A stretch of 64,000 bases of DNA from NCBI GenBank assembly GCA_028534125.1, contig CM052820.1:50964001-51028000 (forward strand), read 5' to 3'. Positions 50,896 to 64,000 of the stretch are shown here, in pieces. Source of the stretch: Lama glama. Taxonomy: Eukaryota. The notes beneath the pieces were generated by a model, which saw nothing but the letters and a program-made list of their open reading frames with translations, did no database searches and was not told the origin of the DNA. How positions within the stretch are numbered: the first letter of the stretch is position 1; each line of letters opens with the position of its first letter. The translations under genes were made by a program, and so were the position numbers.

Positions 50896-52404
50896 ACAAA
50901 GCAAAATGAAAGGAGGATCTTTTAACCTTTTTGTTTTGTTTTTAAAATTTTTAAATGTCATTATATAAGCTACCTTAACCAAAAGGAGAAATCTGTTACT
51001 TACAAGCTGGCTGTAGAAACAAAAGGGTTCATTTAAATAAGAATGTGCAGGCCAATGAGACCAAGAGAGACAAAGGGAAGGAGGAGAAGGGGAAGCCAAA
51101 AGACCTTTTTGTAGAGTGTTTTTATTATTTCCAGTGCAGGTACAAGGAAAACCAAGAACACAGATGTGGAGACAACATTTGGCCATAGCAACTAAAAAGT
51201 ATATATATTCTCTAACTCCTTTAGAATAAGTCGTATCTTCTCCTTATAACCTTATTTTTGTCCAGAGCTCAAAACTTTTGTAACTCCTGCCCAGACCTCT
51301 CCTCAAGGAGAAATAGCAAGCTGGGTGGTTTATTCCTGGCTGCACATTGAGCTTTTAAAAACACAAGACCTGGCTTCAATCTCAGCAATTCTTATTTAAC
51401 TGGACCAGAGTGGACCCCAGGCAACCGTCCACCATGGCTGATGTTATTCATAACAACAATAGTATCTTGATTATACAGAAATGATCTTACTCAAGTAGTT
51501 CATTAAGACTCTCACCATGTTTACTGTTATTTACTGTGCAGTTAGCAGACCAGATGCTTAGAGCTGGGAGCTACTGTTATGTATGAACAGATTAGAGAAA
51601 AATGAGCAGCACCATGCGTTTTATACTATTAGCATAACCTGAAAGAGAGCACAGAATTGGCGGCACCTTGTACAGTGAAGTCTGCTGCTCTCATCCCAGA
51701 TGCCGGGGTGGGGAATGATTGTGGCGCAGACCCAGAGCAACTGACGTGCTTCTGTAAACAGTGCAGAATTAAGGTCCCACAGAACTTTTTCCAGGTCAGA
51801 ACCACTGTGGGACAGAAGAAGAACACCAGACTGGCAGTCAGGAGACTTGGGTTCTACTCCTGGTTACCTGCCGTGTCATCTGGAATTCAAATCAGGTACT
51901 AAGCCCCTCCAGGGAAAGGGATGATGCCTGGGTAGATTTCTTTTTTGGGGTTAAATTTGAAGGACAAATAAAAGCTCAAAGTTTGCAGAGGACATAAGGA
52001 CTATTCCAGGCAGAGGGAATTTAGGTAGCAAAAGTAGGAAGCGTAAATGGCATGATATGCTTGGGGAACCACAAGCACTTCAGCAGAGCTAGAGCATGAA
52101 TACCAAGGAGAAGCAGAGGCAGGATGTGGGGACTTAGGCAGACCCGTTTCTGAAGGCTCCCATGGGCCATGCCTGGAAGCTCCAGCTGCATTCAGCATAG
52201 GCCACTGGAGAGACATCAGAGAGTTACCTTAAAGAGCACAACAACACAATCATAATGTTATGTAGAAAGATCACTCTGGCATCAAAGAGAAAGGATGAGG
52301 GAAGGGAGCAATCCCAACTTCGTGGTAAGAATTCTAATTAAGAGGGTCATGCAGTCACTTCACCTCTCTGCTCTCAGTATTCTCGTGGATAAGATGGGGA
52401 GTGG

Positions 52405-52920
52405 ATTAGGATACCGATTGTAAGTGACAGAAACATAACTTCAACTAGCTTTTTTCAAACTAGTGTTTTTTTTTAAAAAAAGGTAGTTTCTTATTTCACA
52501 TTCCAGAAATGTCTGGAATTGATGGATTTTAGGCATCATTCAAAGAATTTAATTGGTGTTCCTCTCTCTCCATTTTTCTAAAAGGATCTTTCTACATGAA
52601 AAATCAGATGGCCACCAGCCACCCACAGTGTATAATCCTATACACCCCACAGTGGACTAACAGCACCAAAAAATGTCCCAGGGAGGACTCTGACTGATCT
52701 GGCTCGGGTCACATGTCCAGCCTTGAACCAATCACTGTGAATCAGGAAGTGAAGCTCTCTGATTGGCCAGGCCTGAGTCAACACCCACTGCTGTGAGATG
52801 GGGACAGGGTGGACTGCACTCAAGCCACATGGAATGAGTTCTCGGTAGGAAATGGGGTTTCCTAGGAGGAAAGGAGGAAAGGAGAAAGGATGCTGACTGT
52901 GCAAATTTATAACAAATGTC
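52405..52920 (-). mobile_element. Old MaLR LTR (MLT1J/K-like)
   Basis: TGTAAGTGACAGAAAC...GGGTCACATGTCCAGCCTTGAACCAATCAC...CTCTGATTGGCCAGGCCTGAGTCA. Confidence 0.55.
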
Positions 52921-53093
52921 CCCTAGAAGAGATTGTGGTCTAAGATTCCCAGGCTGTAAACTATGTTTTTACCATAATCCCTTTCCCCTTCTCCATCAGG
53001 CCAGGCTCTCTGAGCCCCAAGCCTCAGTCCTGGAGAGGAGTTTAGACATCTCTTACTGATATTGGCTAAAGTCTTGTTTTTTGAGAGAAGACT

Positions 53094-53098
<5 letters not shown>

Positions 53099-53140
<42 letters not shown>
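53099..53140. repeat. (CA)21 microsatellite
   Basis: Perfect dinucleotide run. Confidence 0.97.
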
Positions 53141-53144
<4 letters not shown>

Positions 53145-53922
53145 CGTGTGCTGAGTAGGAATAATAAACAGAACCTGATGCCTCCTTTAGTCCTCATACA
53201 ATTCATCTTTACACTAAAAGAAAGGGGAGGAGGATAGATTCCAATAAGGCAAGTTCCCTTTAGAAAAGCACTAGGTATCAAACTCCATTTGATAATGTTC
53301 GTCGTGAAACTAGAGAGAGTTGAACACAGGGCCACAAAATTAAAATCATAGAAAATAAGCTCCTGAAAAAAATTCAAGGATTTAGGATTTTTTTCAGCAC
53401 AAAGATTAAGAATATGAAATGAATGGCTTGTACCGGAAAGGTGACTCAGTCCCTATCTGCAGTATTACAGAGTTGTACTAGGCGCAGAAATAACTGTATT
53501 TGTTTCTGCCCCTTTTCCTCCTTTCTTCCCACTCTGCCTTTTGATAGGAAGATTTGGGGGTATCTTAAAATGATAGATATATTCCTACTAGTGAAAAGGT
53601 ATTGGAAATTAGAATAGTTACTACAGAAAGCTAAGTATTAAGAAAGGAAAGAAGGAAGAAAGGTAGGAGGGAGAGAGGGAGGAAGGAAGGGAAGGAGAGA
53701 GACTCTTCCACAGATTCCATGGACAGGTTTGAAACTGCTGGTTCTTTCCAAACACAAGGAAAACTAAATAATGCCGAGGTTTCTTGAGCCTCTATCTGAT
53801 CTTAAAATTTAATTAGGTGATAATTTAAATTCTTTTCATTTGACTTTTGGCCATGTTTCAAAAAAAATTTTTTAAGCCCTCCCTCATACATTAAAATATC
53901 CAAATAGGAATAATTTAGTTAA

Positions 53923-53993
53923 AAGATATTCTATTTATATATCATTTAATGCTTCCAAGATAATCTATTTATACATCATTTAATGCTTCAAGA
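53923..53993. repeat. 34-bp tandem duplication
   Basis: AAGATA(T/A)TCTATTTATA(T/C)ATCATTTAATGCTTC, two copies. Confidence 0.85.
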
Positions 53994-55930
53994 AAACAAT
54001 AAAGTGTTGTAACTCTAACATCTCATTTGCAAGTACCAAATAGGACAAATGCATTGCTAATTAAAGACTTTACAACTTAAAAAAAAGGAAACAAAAATTT
54101 CACTAAAAAACCAAGTAGCAATCTTGTTACTTTTAATCTCATGTTCGCTATTTTTGTTCAAAGTAGTTTATGATTCAATCAACTGATGTTTACAGGACAT
54201 CTATGATGTGCCAGAAATTATCCCAGACACAGTGGGGAATACAAAGAAGCAAAAGGTAGGGTCTCTACCTCCATGAGTCATATAATTAAGTTGTGTAGAC
54301 AAATTGTTAAGTATTGTGACAAGTTAAACAAAAATGCACAAGCATGCAATATAAGGAATCACACGCAGGTCATAATTAATTACAAAATGAGTGGGACAAA
54401 TGCTAAGTCCCAGGCAGGAAAACCACTGAAGCTAGGAGATTGCGTGGAGATGGGGACTCTTGAAGGCAACCTGGAAGATAGATAAGAGCACAGGAGAGGG
54501 AGGGCTGGGATCTGGAAAGCACAAGGTATGTTTGCTCAGAGAATGTTTGCCAGCAGAGAATTTCTCTCCGGGAGCAGTGGGGTCAGGCTGGATAAATAGT
54601 TTGGGATCACCCTGGCCTTGAATCCTTCGAGGTTAAGAAGAGTCTTAAGAGAATTCCTGAATCAGCATTTTAAGACCATTAGTCTGGTCACAATTTACTT
54701 ATTTTCACATATTGCTTATTATGTTGCAGATACAGCTCTAAGTGCTTTATAAGTATCAATCCTCATGGCAACCCTTTGTGGTAGATACCAGGAGGCTAAA
54801 ACACAAAGAAGTTACGGTCACTTGCCTGCAGCCGCACAACTAGGAAGGGGTGGGGCCAGTATTCCCAGCCGCGGTCTGGCTCCAGTCTGTCCTGCCTGCC
54901 TCTGTCGTGCCCGCCTTGGTACTACATCCTCCAAAGAACTAACAGGAAGGAGTGTGCCTCCTGGAAGCAGATCAGAAATCCCTACCTAGGGGCTGAATGC
55001 TGGGTCAGGAAGGCAGTGGCAGGTGAGAAGGGACCCTGTGGAGGAACCAGACGAAATAACAACTGGTTGAATGTGAGCGGGAATGGAGGATAAAGGAGTG
55101 GGGTTAAAGACGATAAGAAAGGAAACGTCAAAGAGAACTCAGAATTTTTTATTTTTATGCTTCCCCTGGAGAGATGCAGGTCTGTTCAGGGAAGATGGTT
55201 CCACATGTAGACATGAAAAATGTGAGCTCCTTGAAATCAAACAGTCCTGGGTTTGAATCTGGCTGTGTGACTTTGTGCAAGTTACACAAACTCTCTGTAC
55301 TCCTCTTTCTTCATCTGTAATGAGAACAATTTCAGTAACTGAGATGATGTTTAGCATAGCCTCTGACAAGGAGAAAGCCTTCCATTCAATGCTCCCAGGA
55401 CACTGGAGGTGTGGAACCCAGGACAGATCAGTTCATCGCTGGAGAATGTGGATTTGAGGATAGAGGGAAGGAAGAACTTAAAATAATGAAGGAAGAGAAA
55501 TATGACAGCCGCTGTGCTGGGCTCTTCAAGCGCCTTGTTATATAGAATTCTCGCAACAACCCAACAAGGCTATTTACCACGTGGCTTACGAAGATGGAGT
55601 GGGAACAAGATTTTCTATTCTGAGTCTGCCTCAACTCCAAACTCCTCAATCCCCTCAGCTTGTTGCCTCCCCAACAACTGCGGAGCTTTGGAGAGATACA
55701 CCACCAAGCCGGAGAATATCAGTCGGGGAAGTGGGGTGAGAACTGAACACTGGGGAAGGGAGACCAAGAGGGAGCCACTGGAGTGTCTGCCCTGCCCCAG
55801 CGTCTTGTCGTCATGGCTGCCACCTGCAAATCACTGGTACAAGCTGGCAAGCATTGTTGTTCTTCAAACATCTAGAAGTCAAAAAAGGAGAGGACCTTGG
55901 GCAGCAGTGACCTTGTCCACACAGCCTGCC

Positions 55931-56800
55931 TGTGAAATGACAGAAGAAAATCTATATATTGGTCTCTGTTCCCTGGTTCCTGGTCTGTGCCCCTTATCAT
56001 TTCCCAAATCATAAGAGCACTGGGAGCATCTTGTGTTCTAATATTTGGTCTTTGACCTTGGTTCCTGACAATAGAGCTGCTAAATCCCTTGGAATTTCCT
56101 GGGTGATAGAAGTGTCTTTAGTTCTAATGAGGCAACTCTGAGTGGGTTCCTGGGTGGCTCCTGGGTGAGGGCTGGTCACCAGAAATACCCAGCCATGATT
56201 AGAAGCTTGGAACTTTCAGCTCCATCCCTGAGAAGGAGAAGGGGATTGGAGATCGAGTTAACAATCGATCATTCCTGTGATGAAGACTCCATAGAAATCC
56301 CAAAAGTATGGGCTTTGGAATGCTTCCAGGTTGATGAACACATACATGTTCTGGGAGGGTGGTGTACCCCAACTCCACAGAGACAGAAGCTACTGCATTT
56401 GGGACCCTTCCGGACCTTACTTTATGTTTCTCTCCATCTGGCTCTTCGTCCATATCCTTTATCATATCCTTTATTAGCCAATAAGCCACTAAATATAAAC
56501 AAGTGTTTCCCTGGGTTCTGTGAGTTGTTCTAGCAAGCGATCTAATCCAAGGAGGAGGCCATGGAACCTCTCTGATTTACAGCCAAGTCAGGCAGAGGCT
56601 GTGGGTAACCTGGGGAATCTATTACTTGTGACTGGCATCTGAAGGGAGGCTGGCGGGCAGTCTTGTGGGACAGGGCCCTTAACCTGTGGGATATGGTTAA
56701 GTGTCAGAATTGCCTGCGGTAGAAAACTCACACATCTGGCCTCAGAAGTGTTGTGAGTGTGGCAGTAGTATAAGAGTAAAGGAGAAACAGGGAGTTTTCC
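55931..56800 (+). mobile_element. MER21-like LTR
   Basis: GGTTCCTGACAATAGAGCTGCTAAATCCCTTGGAATTTCCTGGGTGATAG...TTCCCTGGGTTCTGTGAG...CTTGTGACTGGCATCTGAAG. Confidence 0.75.
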
Positions 56801-59199
56801 CAAGTCATTACCCCCATGTGAAGGCTGTCCAATCAACTGCACATGGGGGGCCTGTTGCATGCCTGGTACCCAGGAAAAGCCCAGTGCCATACCCTGGACA
56901 GCCAACTGGGAGCCTCCTTTTTCTTCTCGCTGCCAATCCCAGTCCCCAGACTGGGTGGGTTTCCCTTTCACCTCTGAAGACTTGATCAAATATAGCCTTG
57001 CTCTGCTTCTGAAATCCCATATCTGCACTCTACCCTCTCAGAGACATACTCCCATCCTGCCCCCTTAACAGCAATGGGCCTGCAATTGGACTGGAATTTT
57101 CCATTGCTTTTTGGCTAGGGTGTCTAGCCTGCTGGCCATTGGCCTTTATCTGGAAAGGGGCAACCACTTCTTCCCCAGGGTTCTCCCTATCCTCTTAAGC
57201 CCACACTCATTTTCCCTGCATGTCTTGCAGACTATGTTAATCCCCTTCTGGAAAATATTCCTGGCAGAAAGGCTCAGTGGGGATCCAAGCCAAGGAGAGC
57301 AGAATTTCAAAGAAAATGTGATCAGTCGTCTTTAGGGCTACCAGAAGACTGAGGACCAGGAAAGGCCATTTGACTTAGTGAGAGCTAAAGGTAGCTTTCA
57401 AAGATGCAAAGCAACTGAGGCAGAAGCCACATTACAGGGTTGAACAACAAAGCACTTTCCCCCCACAACTCATCAATGACAGGAAGGGAGAAATAAGATA
57501 AGGAGAAAGGGGCCATGTGATCAACTAAAACTTTTTCTCAAGGTAGGAAAAAACCTAGGATGATTTTCCAGCAGAGGGTAAAGAGATCAGAGTATGAAAC
57601 CAAAGTCCAGTGTACAATAAAATTTCTCTCTCATTGATGAAATATTTATGTCTGTTACAGAATTAAGAATTAACTTCACTTTCCAAAAGCTTTAGTGAGC
57701 AGGTAAAGTATATATAAAATAGGTAGTCTTTCACTTGGATTTTTGGATTTTGAAATGATGCACATAAAAGCTAATATATGCAAATCCTTTTAAAATTATA
57801 AGCCTTGTATTCTCTGATCCCTTTTGATTAAATTCGACTGGCATGAAAAGCAGTAATTGAAGTATTAAGAATCAATTAACAGTGATCTGGCTGATTGTCA
57901 TTACACCTTTAATTAGCAGTATTGGTTTCAGTATCACAGGGCAATGGTTAGTGGCTATAAATGAAATGATTGCCCAGACACCAGCTGACATTTTGAGAAC
58001 CTTGATACATCATCACTTTTTCCCTCTGCTAATTAAGATTTGTATCTTCCACTGTATTAATATTGCAAAGTCCTTTGTGATGGAGGCAGCAGTTTTTTCC
58101 CGCTGCCTTTGTGTCCGCAGGTCTCACCAGTTACAGTGTTCGCACTCTGGGACCACAGGCTTGTAAACTCCAACCCAGGGACCAAGTTTAAAGTGGATTC
58201 TCTGCTGATTCATTCAACAAACACTTATAAAAGGACGACCACGTGCAAATCACTCTGCTAAATGCCAGGGCCAGGGAGGAGGAGAGAAAGGAATACCAAG
58301 ATGAATAAGACACTCATCCTCAATTTAAGAAGTTATCATTTCCAGAGGATACACACACCATAAGTACCCTGTATTACAGTAGGATGCAAATCACAGTTGG
58401 CTAGAAATAATGTGAATAGGGGCACAGAAAATGGAGCGATTGGTTCTGATTTCCAATAAGTGACTTTTAAAAATGCTTATGTCGCAAAGATTCAAGGGCT
58501 AACCCCTAAGTCACAGAACAGGAAAAGGAACTTTTATTGGGTAATTGCACGGCCAGTCTGGACATTCATGAAAAAGCAGCTCATCCATCTCCAGCCATAA
58601 TTCCCCCTCTGCAGGGAGCAGGGACTGGCACAGCCTGTTTGTGGCTCTGGTTTGGCTTTGCAACCATTGGTCAGAGGGTTAGTGCCTGTTCCTTGCAGGG
58701 CATAACTTTACCCTTCCTTCCAAAGCAGCTCAGTGCCAACTGTTGCTTATTTAATTATATAGGCGCCACTATAATTAAATCAACATGCATAAGAATCACT
58801 TTGGAAGCATTTTTAAAAACCCCTTTTCAGGCCTCACTGTGAGAGATTGTATTTAAACTGATAGCCTAGGTTATTTTGATACTAGAAGTCTCCAAACCAA
58901 GTTTTGAGAAATATGGCCAAACCCAGCTTTCTAGCTTTACAATTGAGGAAACTAAAACCAGAGAGGTGATTGCCCTGGGTCTCAGGTAGTATATGACAAC
59001 AACCAAGACTTATGTAGCTCTCATTACAAGCAGGTATAGTTCCAGATCCCTTACACATGCAGCAGTGCTTCCTTTAATCCTCACAACAACTCTATCAGGT
59101 AGAGATAGGTATCATCTCTTTTTACAGATGAAGAAACCGGGGCACAGGGAAGTAAACTAAGTTGCCCGCGGTCACACAGTGAGAAAATATCAAATCTAA

Positions 59200-59521
59200 G
59201 CCTCTGAGGACACAAATGAACTTATTTACAAAACAGAGACAGACTCACAGACATAGAAAACATACCTATGGTTACTGAGGTGAAAGCGGGTAGGGAGGGT
59301 TAAATTGGGAGCTCAGGATTCATAGATACACACAATTATATATAAAAGCGATAAACAACAAGATTCTACTCTACAGCACAGGGAACTATTGAATACTTTG
59401 CAATGGCCAATAATGAAAAAGAGTATGAAAAGGAATATATATATGTCTAACTGAATCACTTTACACCAGAAACTAACACGTTATAAATTGACTATACTTC
59501 AATTTTTAAAAATGAAAAAAG
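59200..59521 (+). mobile_element. L1 3'UTR fragment inserted in a MIR
   Basis: ACAAATGAACTTATTTACAAAACAG...GACTATACTTCAAT; short flanking repeat AAATCTA. Confidence 0.85.
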
Positions 59522-60824
59522 AAATCTAGTCTTTGAACCCAGACTTCCCACCATAATTACTACCCCATGGGCAAATGTGGATCAGAACCCAGTTGTCTGA
59601 GTCCCAGGTCAGGGCACTGTCCATCACACTTCATTGCCTAGAAAGCTGCAATTCTCAAGCAAGGACTTGGGGGTTCTTCTGTTGGCCACTGAGAGCTCCA
59701 GTGGTTTTTCCTTCTGGGAAGAGCTGACTTGTTTTGGAGATTTGCCCACATGACTTCTCTTCCTTTGCAACACTCCGCGTTCTCATTGCTTAAGAGCATC
59801 TTGAGAATCAGAGGGCTCAACTTCAGGGCTACAAGTAAGCTGTGACACATTCTTTGGGCAATTAAACTGATGCATCTATTAGCAGTTCCAGGAGGCCCAG
59901 GAAAGAAAAAGACATCATATACCCATCGCTGAGTGTGTGCTGAATATTAGAACTCCCAAATTATACTTCCAACTCTGCCTCATCATTGAACTTTTTTTCT
60001 GCCTGATCTGACTGAGAGACCAAATTTCTTATGGAAGAGCTTGGGAAAATCAGAAGTTCCGGGCCATTAAGAAGAAAGTAGGGGAAGTTGGGTTGACAGA
60101 AATAAGCTCCAAAACAGAAGGGCCTGACTACAGATTCAAGTGCACCCATCTGCACGAGAGAATAACCTTCATGAGACATTTCTCTTTATGACTCTGCTGT
60201 TTGGAATCTCCGGCAGGCTGTAACATCAATTAAGCAGAGCCTTTTATTTCTGAGTCCCTTCATTTAAAAAAAAAGAAAGAAACACAAATTCTCCCTGGTC
60301 TCTAACTTGCTGCTTTGTTGCTTGGTGCTGAGAGCTAAAGGTTCCATTCCAGCTGGGTCTGCAGCTTGGACTCAACTGCCAGCTAATTCCCAACATTCAT
60401 CTCCAGGTCCCTGCTGCTCTCCTGCATGTGGCTGATTGCTAGCTCTGATTCCCACGAGATGCCCTGGCTCAGCCCAAATGCCAGCTTCCTGCCACCCGGC
60501 CTCGTTCTCAGAGCCTCTGTCCTTGATCAGCATAGTGCTTCTCCACCCACCTCACGTTCTTTTCACCATGCTGGCCCTGCACGATGTCGTTGTCATGGTC
60601 AGAGAGCCAGTGTGCAGTCCTCATGCCAGTGCCACACAGTATAAGAAGCAAAGCCCACTTTTGTTACACTTTGCTTTCACCAACTGCTGGCCTCTGGATT
60701 GTTAGAATCAGTGCAGTTGTGGGAATGGTGTCCCCTGGGATGTTACTGCTGGACCACGCACAGCAAGGAAAGCAGTTGTCATGCAATGTGGCCTGGGATC
60801 TAAGTAGTCACCATTGGTCTTGCC

Positions 60825-62070
60825 ACATTCAAGGCTTTTGTAAGTGCACTTTAACAGGTGGAGGAAATTCCCCTCTATTCCCAGTTTGTTGCAAGTTTCT
60901 AATCATGAATCAATGTTGAGTTTTATTTTCAAATACCTTTTCTGCATCAATTGACATGCTCACATACCTTTTCTTCTTTAGACTGTTAATAGGATGGATT
61001 ATGTTGATGGATTTTCAAACATTGACCACCTTGCTTCCCCAGGACAAACCCCATCTGGTCATGATGGAGTATTCTTTGTTTATATATTGGATTTGACGTG
61101 CTAATATTTTGTTGGGGATTTTTAGGTCTATAAGCATATTGGTCTGGAATATTCTTTTCTTGTCCTCTCCTAATCTAATTTTGGTATCAGGGTAGTGCTG
61201 GCCTCGTAAAATGAGTTGGCAACTGTTTTTTCCTCTTCTATTTTCTGAAAGAGATTATGTTGGATTGATTTCTTCTCTAAATACTTGGTGGACTTGGCTA
61301 GTGAAACCATCTGGTTTTTGGAAGATTTTTGATTATGAGTTCAATTACTTTTGATGGCTATTCGGGCTAATCCATTTCATCTTGGATTAGTTTTGGTAGT
61401 TTTTGGTTTTTTGAGAAACTGGTCCATTTCATCGAAGTTGACAAATTTACATGCATAAGAAACTGAAGCCTCAGTCCTGTGGCCTCAAGGAGATGAATTC
61501 TACCAAACAACCAAAGGAAGCTCTTCCCTCCCTGAGCCTCTGATGAAACCACGGACCTGTATGTAGCCTGGTGAGATCCTGAAGAAGAGAATCCCGCTAA
61601 GTCATGCCCAGTCTTCTGGCCCCCAGAAATGGTGAGATAATAGATGTGCGTTGTTTTAAGCAAGTTTGTAGTAACCTGTTATGCACCATAGAAAGCTAAT
61701 AGAATCTTTCCCCATCCTTTACCTGTATGACTATATTTGAAGTGAGTTTCTTATAGACAGAGTATAGTTGGTGTGTTTAGACCATTTACATTGAATATAA
61801 CTATTGATAAGTTTGTGTTTAGGTCTACAATTTTAGTATTTTCTGTTTGTTCTTTTTTTTTTAATTTCTCTGTTCTTGTGCATGCATTTTTAAATGCATT
61901 TTGGCAATCTCTGCCCTTCATTAGTATTAACTGGAGTTAGGTTCTTCTTCTCTGCCTTCTTTTGGGTTATTTGAACATTTTTAGTATTCTAGTTTAAATT
62001 TATCTACACATTTTCTTACTATAAGTTTTTGTGTAGTTTTTGCAGTGGTTGCTTGAGTGATTACAACTTA
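60825..62070 (-). mobile_element. Old L1M ORF2 fragments interrupted by an MLT1 LTR
   Basis: T-rich plus strand with L1 antisense motifs (TTTTCTGCATCAATTGA; TTTTGGTATCAGGGTAGTGCTGGCCTCGTAAAATGAGTTGG). Confidence 0.75.
61458..61702 (+). mobile_element. MaLR MLT1 LTR 3' half
   Basis: GCCTGGTGAGATCCTGAAG...CCAGAAATGGTGAGATAATAGATGTGCGTTGTTTTAAGC...ATAGAAAGCTAATA. Confidence 0.75.
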
Positions 62071-62855
62071 ACCCACATTCCACTTGAAATGGTAAAACAC
62101 AAGTAGACTGTGAAACCAAATATGAAGTATGAATTCATATTATCCTTCCTTCCCTCCCTCCCTCCCTTCTACCTTCCTCCGATATTTATCAAATATTCAC
62201 TCCATGCCTGGCGTTGTGTTAGGCGCTGGGACATTTGTGGTCTAAGAATCATTCTGTAAGAGTTAAAGAAGCCTGGTGCCCATTCTTCCTTTGTGTGCTT
62301 ATGTGACCATAGCTGGGCACATGGTTAGACTGACCTCCCAGTCTCTACTGCTGTTACGTGTGTCCACGTGGCCACATTATCTCCAGTGGGAAGTGAGATG
62401 TAATGTGTGCCACTTAAGAACAAATCTTTTAAGAAGTAGATGTTTCCTCTTCTATCCATTGGGTACCAAAATGAGAGGACGGCCAGGCCCCAAGAGGGAA
62501 AGGAAGTAGACTGACACCCCTGAATCTACGTGTGAATGAGAGCCACTCGACCAGCGGTACATGTGTGCTTGTCTGTTATGTTTGTGCCATTACACATCTC
62601 TAGGGTTCCTTCCCCCAGCAGTGAAGCTACCCTGACGCAGAAATTGGCATCTTAAAGTGGGGAGCTGCTGTTTGAAAACTGCGTTGAGCACTGAGAACTG
62701 GCTTAGTAGTTTGGTACCATATAGCACAGAAACGGATATAGCAGGCTGGAAAGCTGGAAATTCCTCTTATCCCATGGGCAAAACATGTGATAAAACTGTC
62801 CTCTGTGTTAACTTATAAGGTTAATTCAATACCTATCAGGTCTGTAGCTCTAGGG

Positions 62856-63075
62856 AAGGGGTTAGCAAACTATGACTTATGGGCCAAATTCGGTCTGCTG
62901 TCTGGTTTTGTAAATGAAGTTTTATTGGAACACAGTCATGCCCATTCCTTCACATATTGTCTATGGTTGCTTTTGCACTCTAAGGGAAGTGCTGAGTAGT
63001 TGCAAGAGGGACCCTTTGGCCCCCAGAGCCTAAAATACGACCTGGCCCTTTGGGAAGAAGTGTGTCAACCTCTGG
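62856..63075. mobile_element. hAT-Charlie MITE, MER58A-like
   Basis: AGGGGTTAGCAAACTATG...TTTTGTAAATGAAGTTTTATTGGAACACAG...GTGTCAACCTCTG, with inverted termini. Confidence 0.82.
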
Positions 63076-63286
63076 TATCCTGGGGTTGACAGTGACCATG
63101 ATGGGACTTGGGTGATGATGGAGAGAGAGAATAAAAAGTGCCTGGTCCCTGAATCACTGTGCGAGCAGAGGCCCATCCCCCAACCAGGACTTGTACTGTT
63201 AAATGAATGAGAAATGAACTTCCACTGTATTTGGGTCATATTGTGCTTTGAAAATATATTTCTTCCAGCAATTTATCTTGCCCTAC

Positions 63287-63740
63287 CTTAGGCAGATTGA
63301 TGGCAAAAATGGCTCCAAATCCTCACTCCTCCCTGGATCTCCTTTCTACATAACTTTGTAGTGCTTGCCCATTGTGGGTGGGGCTTTCTGTCCCAACCCT
63401 CGACTCTGGGTTCAGCCATGGCTCTTACTGTGGTCACTGGATATTAGCAAACACAGCAGAAGCAAACACCTGAAAAAACATTTGCACATTTTCACTTTCT
63501 CTCCCTTGTTGCTCTGACTCTATCATGAGAACAAGCTCAGGCTAGCCTGCTGGAGCATGAGACACATGAACACAGCTGAGTTGGCACAGTTGTCTCAGCC
63601 AAGGTCCTGGACACATGAGAGAGGACAGCTAAGATCAGCAGAGCCACCCATTCAACTTATTAAGTCATAAATAAAAATAAGTGTTTATTGCTAAAAGCCA
63701 CTAAGATTTTTGTGGTTGTTTGTTACACAACACATCATTA
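63287..63740 (+). mobile_element. MaLR MLT1G/H-like LTR
   Basis: GGCAAAAATGGCTCCAAAT...GGCTAGCCTGCTGGAG...AAGCCACTAAGATTTTTGTGGTTGTTTGTTACACA. Confidence 0.65.
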
Positions 63741-63741
63741 T

Positions 63742-64000
63742 GGTAACCGAGCAGGATTCTATGGGGCCTCCTGGGTACAAAAGCTCCTCCATGTTCCTCA
63801 TTATTTGTAAAAAAAAAAAAAAGGCTTTAGTCTCCTAGGCCTTCCCCAAGTGCCAAAGAGCAGACTCAAGCAGTTACTAGCTAGGGAAGCGAAGGAATGC
63901 AGAAACAAAGGAAAAGCAGTTGAGCAAGAAAAGTAATGATAGTTGAAAAAATAGTTCAGCAATAAAACAAAGTCACAGGACCCCTAGTTCCTCCTCAAGG
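63742..64000 (+). mobile_element. 5' part of an ERV1-like LTR, truncated by the window end
   Basis: GTAACCGAGCAGGATTCTATGGGGCCTCCTGGG...GGAATGCAGAAACAAAGGAAAAGCAG; interrupts the end of the MLT1. Confidence 0.5.

Noticed and set aside
55502-57068. ORFs of 170, 122 and 146 aa
   Set aside because: They overlap a MER21-like LTR or its flank, show no protein family signature and have no supporting splice structure.

Overview
Mammalian genomic DNA, most likely a camelid draft assembly (vic-1-like tRNA-derived SINEs, three N gaps). It holds the 5' end of MYO3B (myosin IIIB) on the minus strand. Five unambiguous kinase-domain coding exons (184, 135, 105, 100 and 77 nt, all GT-AG) lie between 16624 and 3285. 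A probable exon 1 ends at 36366 and supplies only the 'AT' of the start codon; together these give 201 in-frame codons, and the gene continues beyond position 1. A CpG island at about 34.6-35.4 kb in intron 1 has its own strong splice donor. The rest is intronic or upstream sequence full of L1, L2, MIR, MaLR/ERV LTRs, hAT MITEs and SINEs. I see no prokaryote-type system (no CRISPR, operon or true RNA gene) and cannot claim a new biological system. The most interesting observations are: (i) splicing creates an A-T-G-A overlap that completes the MYO3B start codon and also terminates a 16-codon uORF; (ii) a probable second, CpG-island promoter partly built on an ancient L2; (iii) a nested pair of TSD-flanked insertions at 28.1-28.6 kb that look like L1-mediated 3' transductions. 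Repeat family names are by-eye recognition and their boundaries are approximate.
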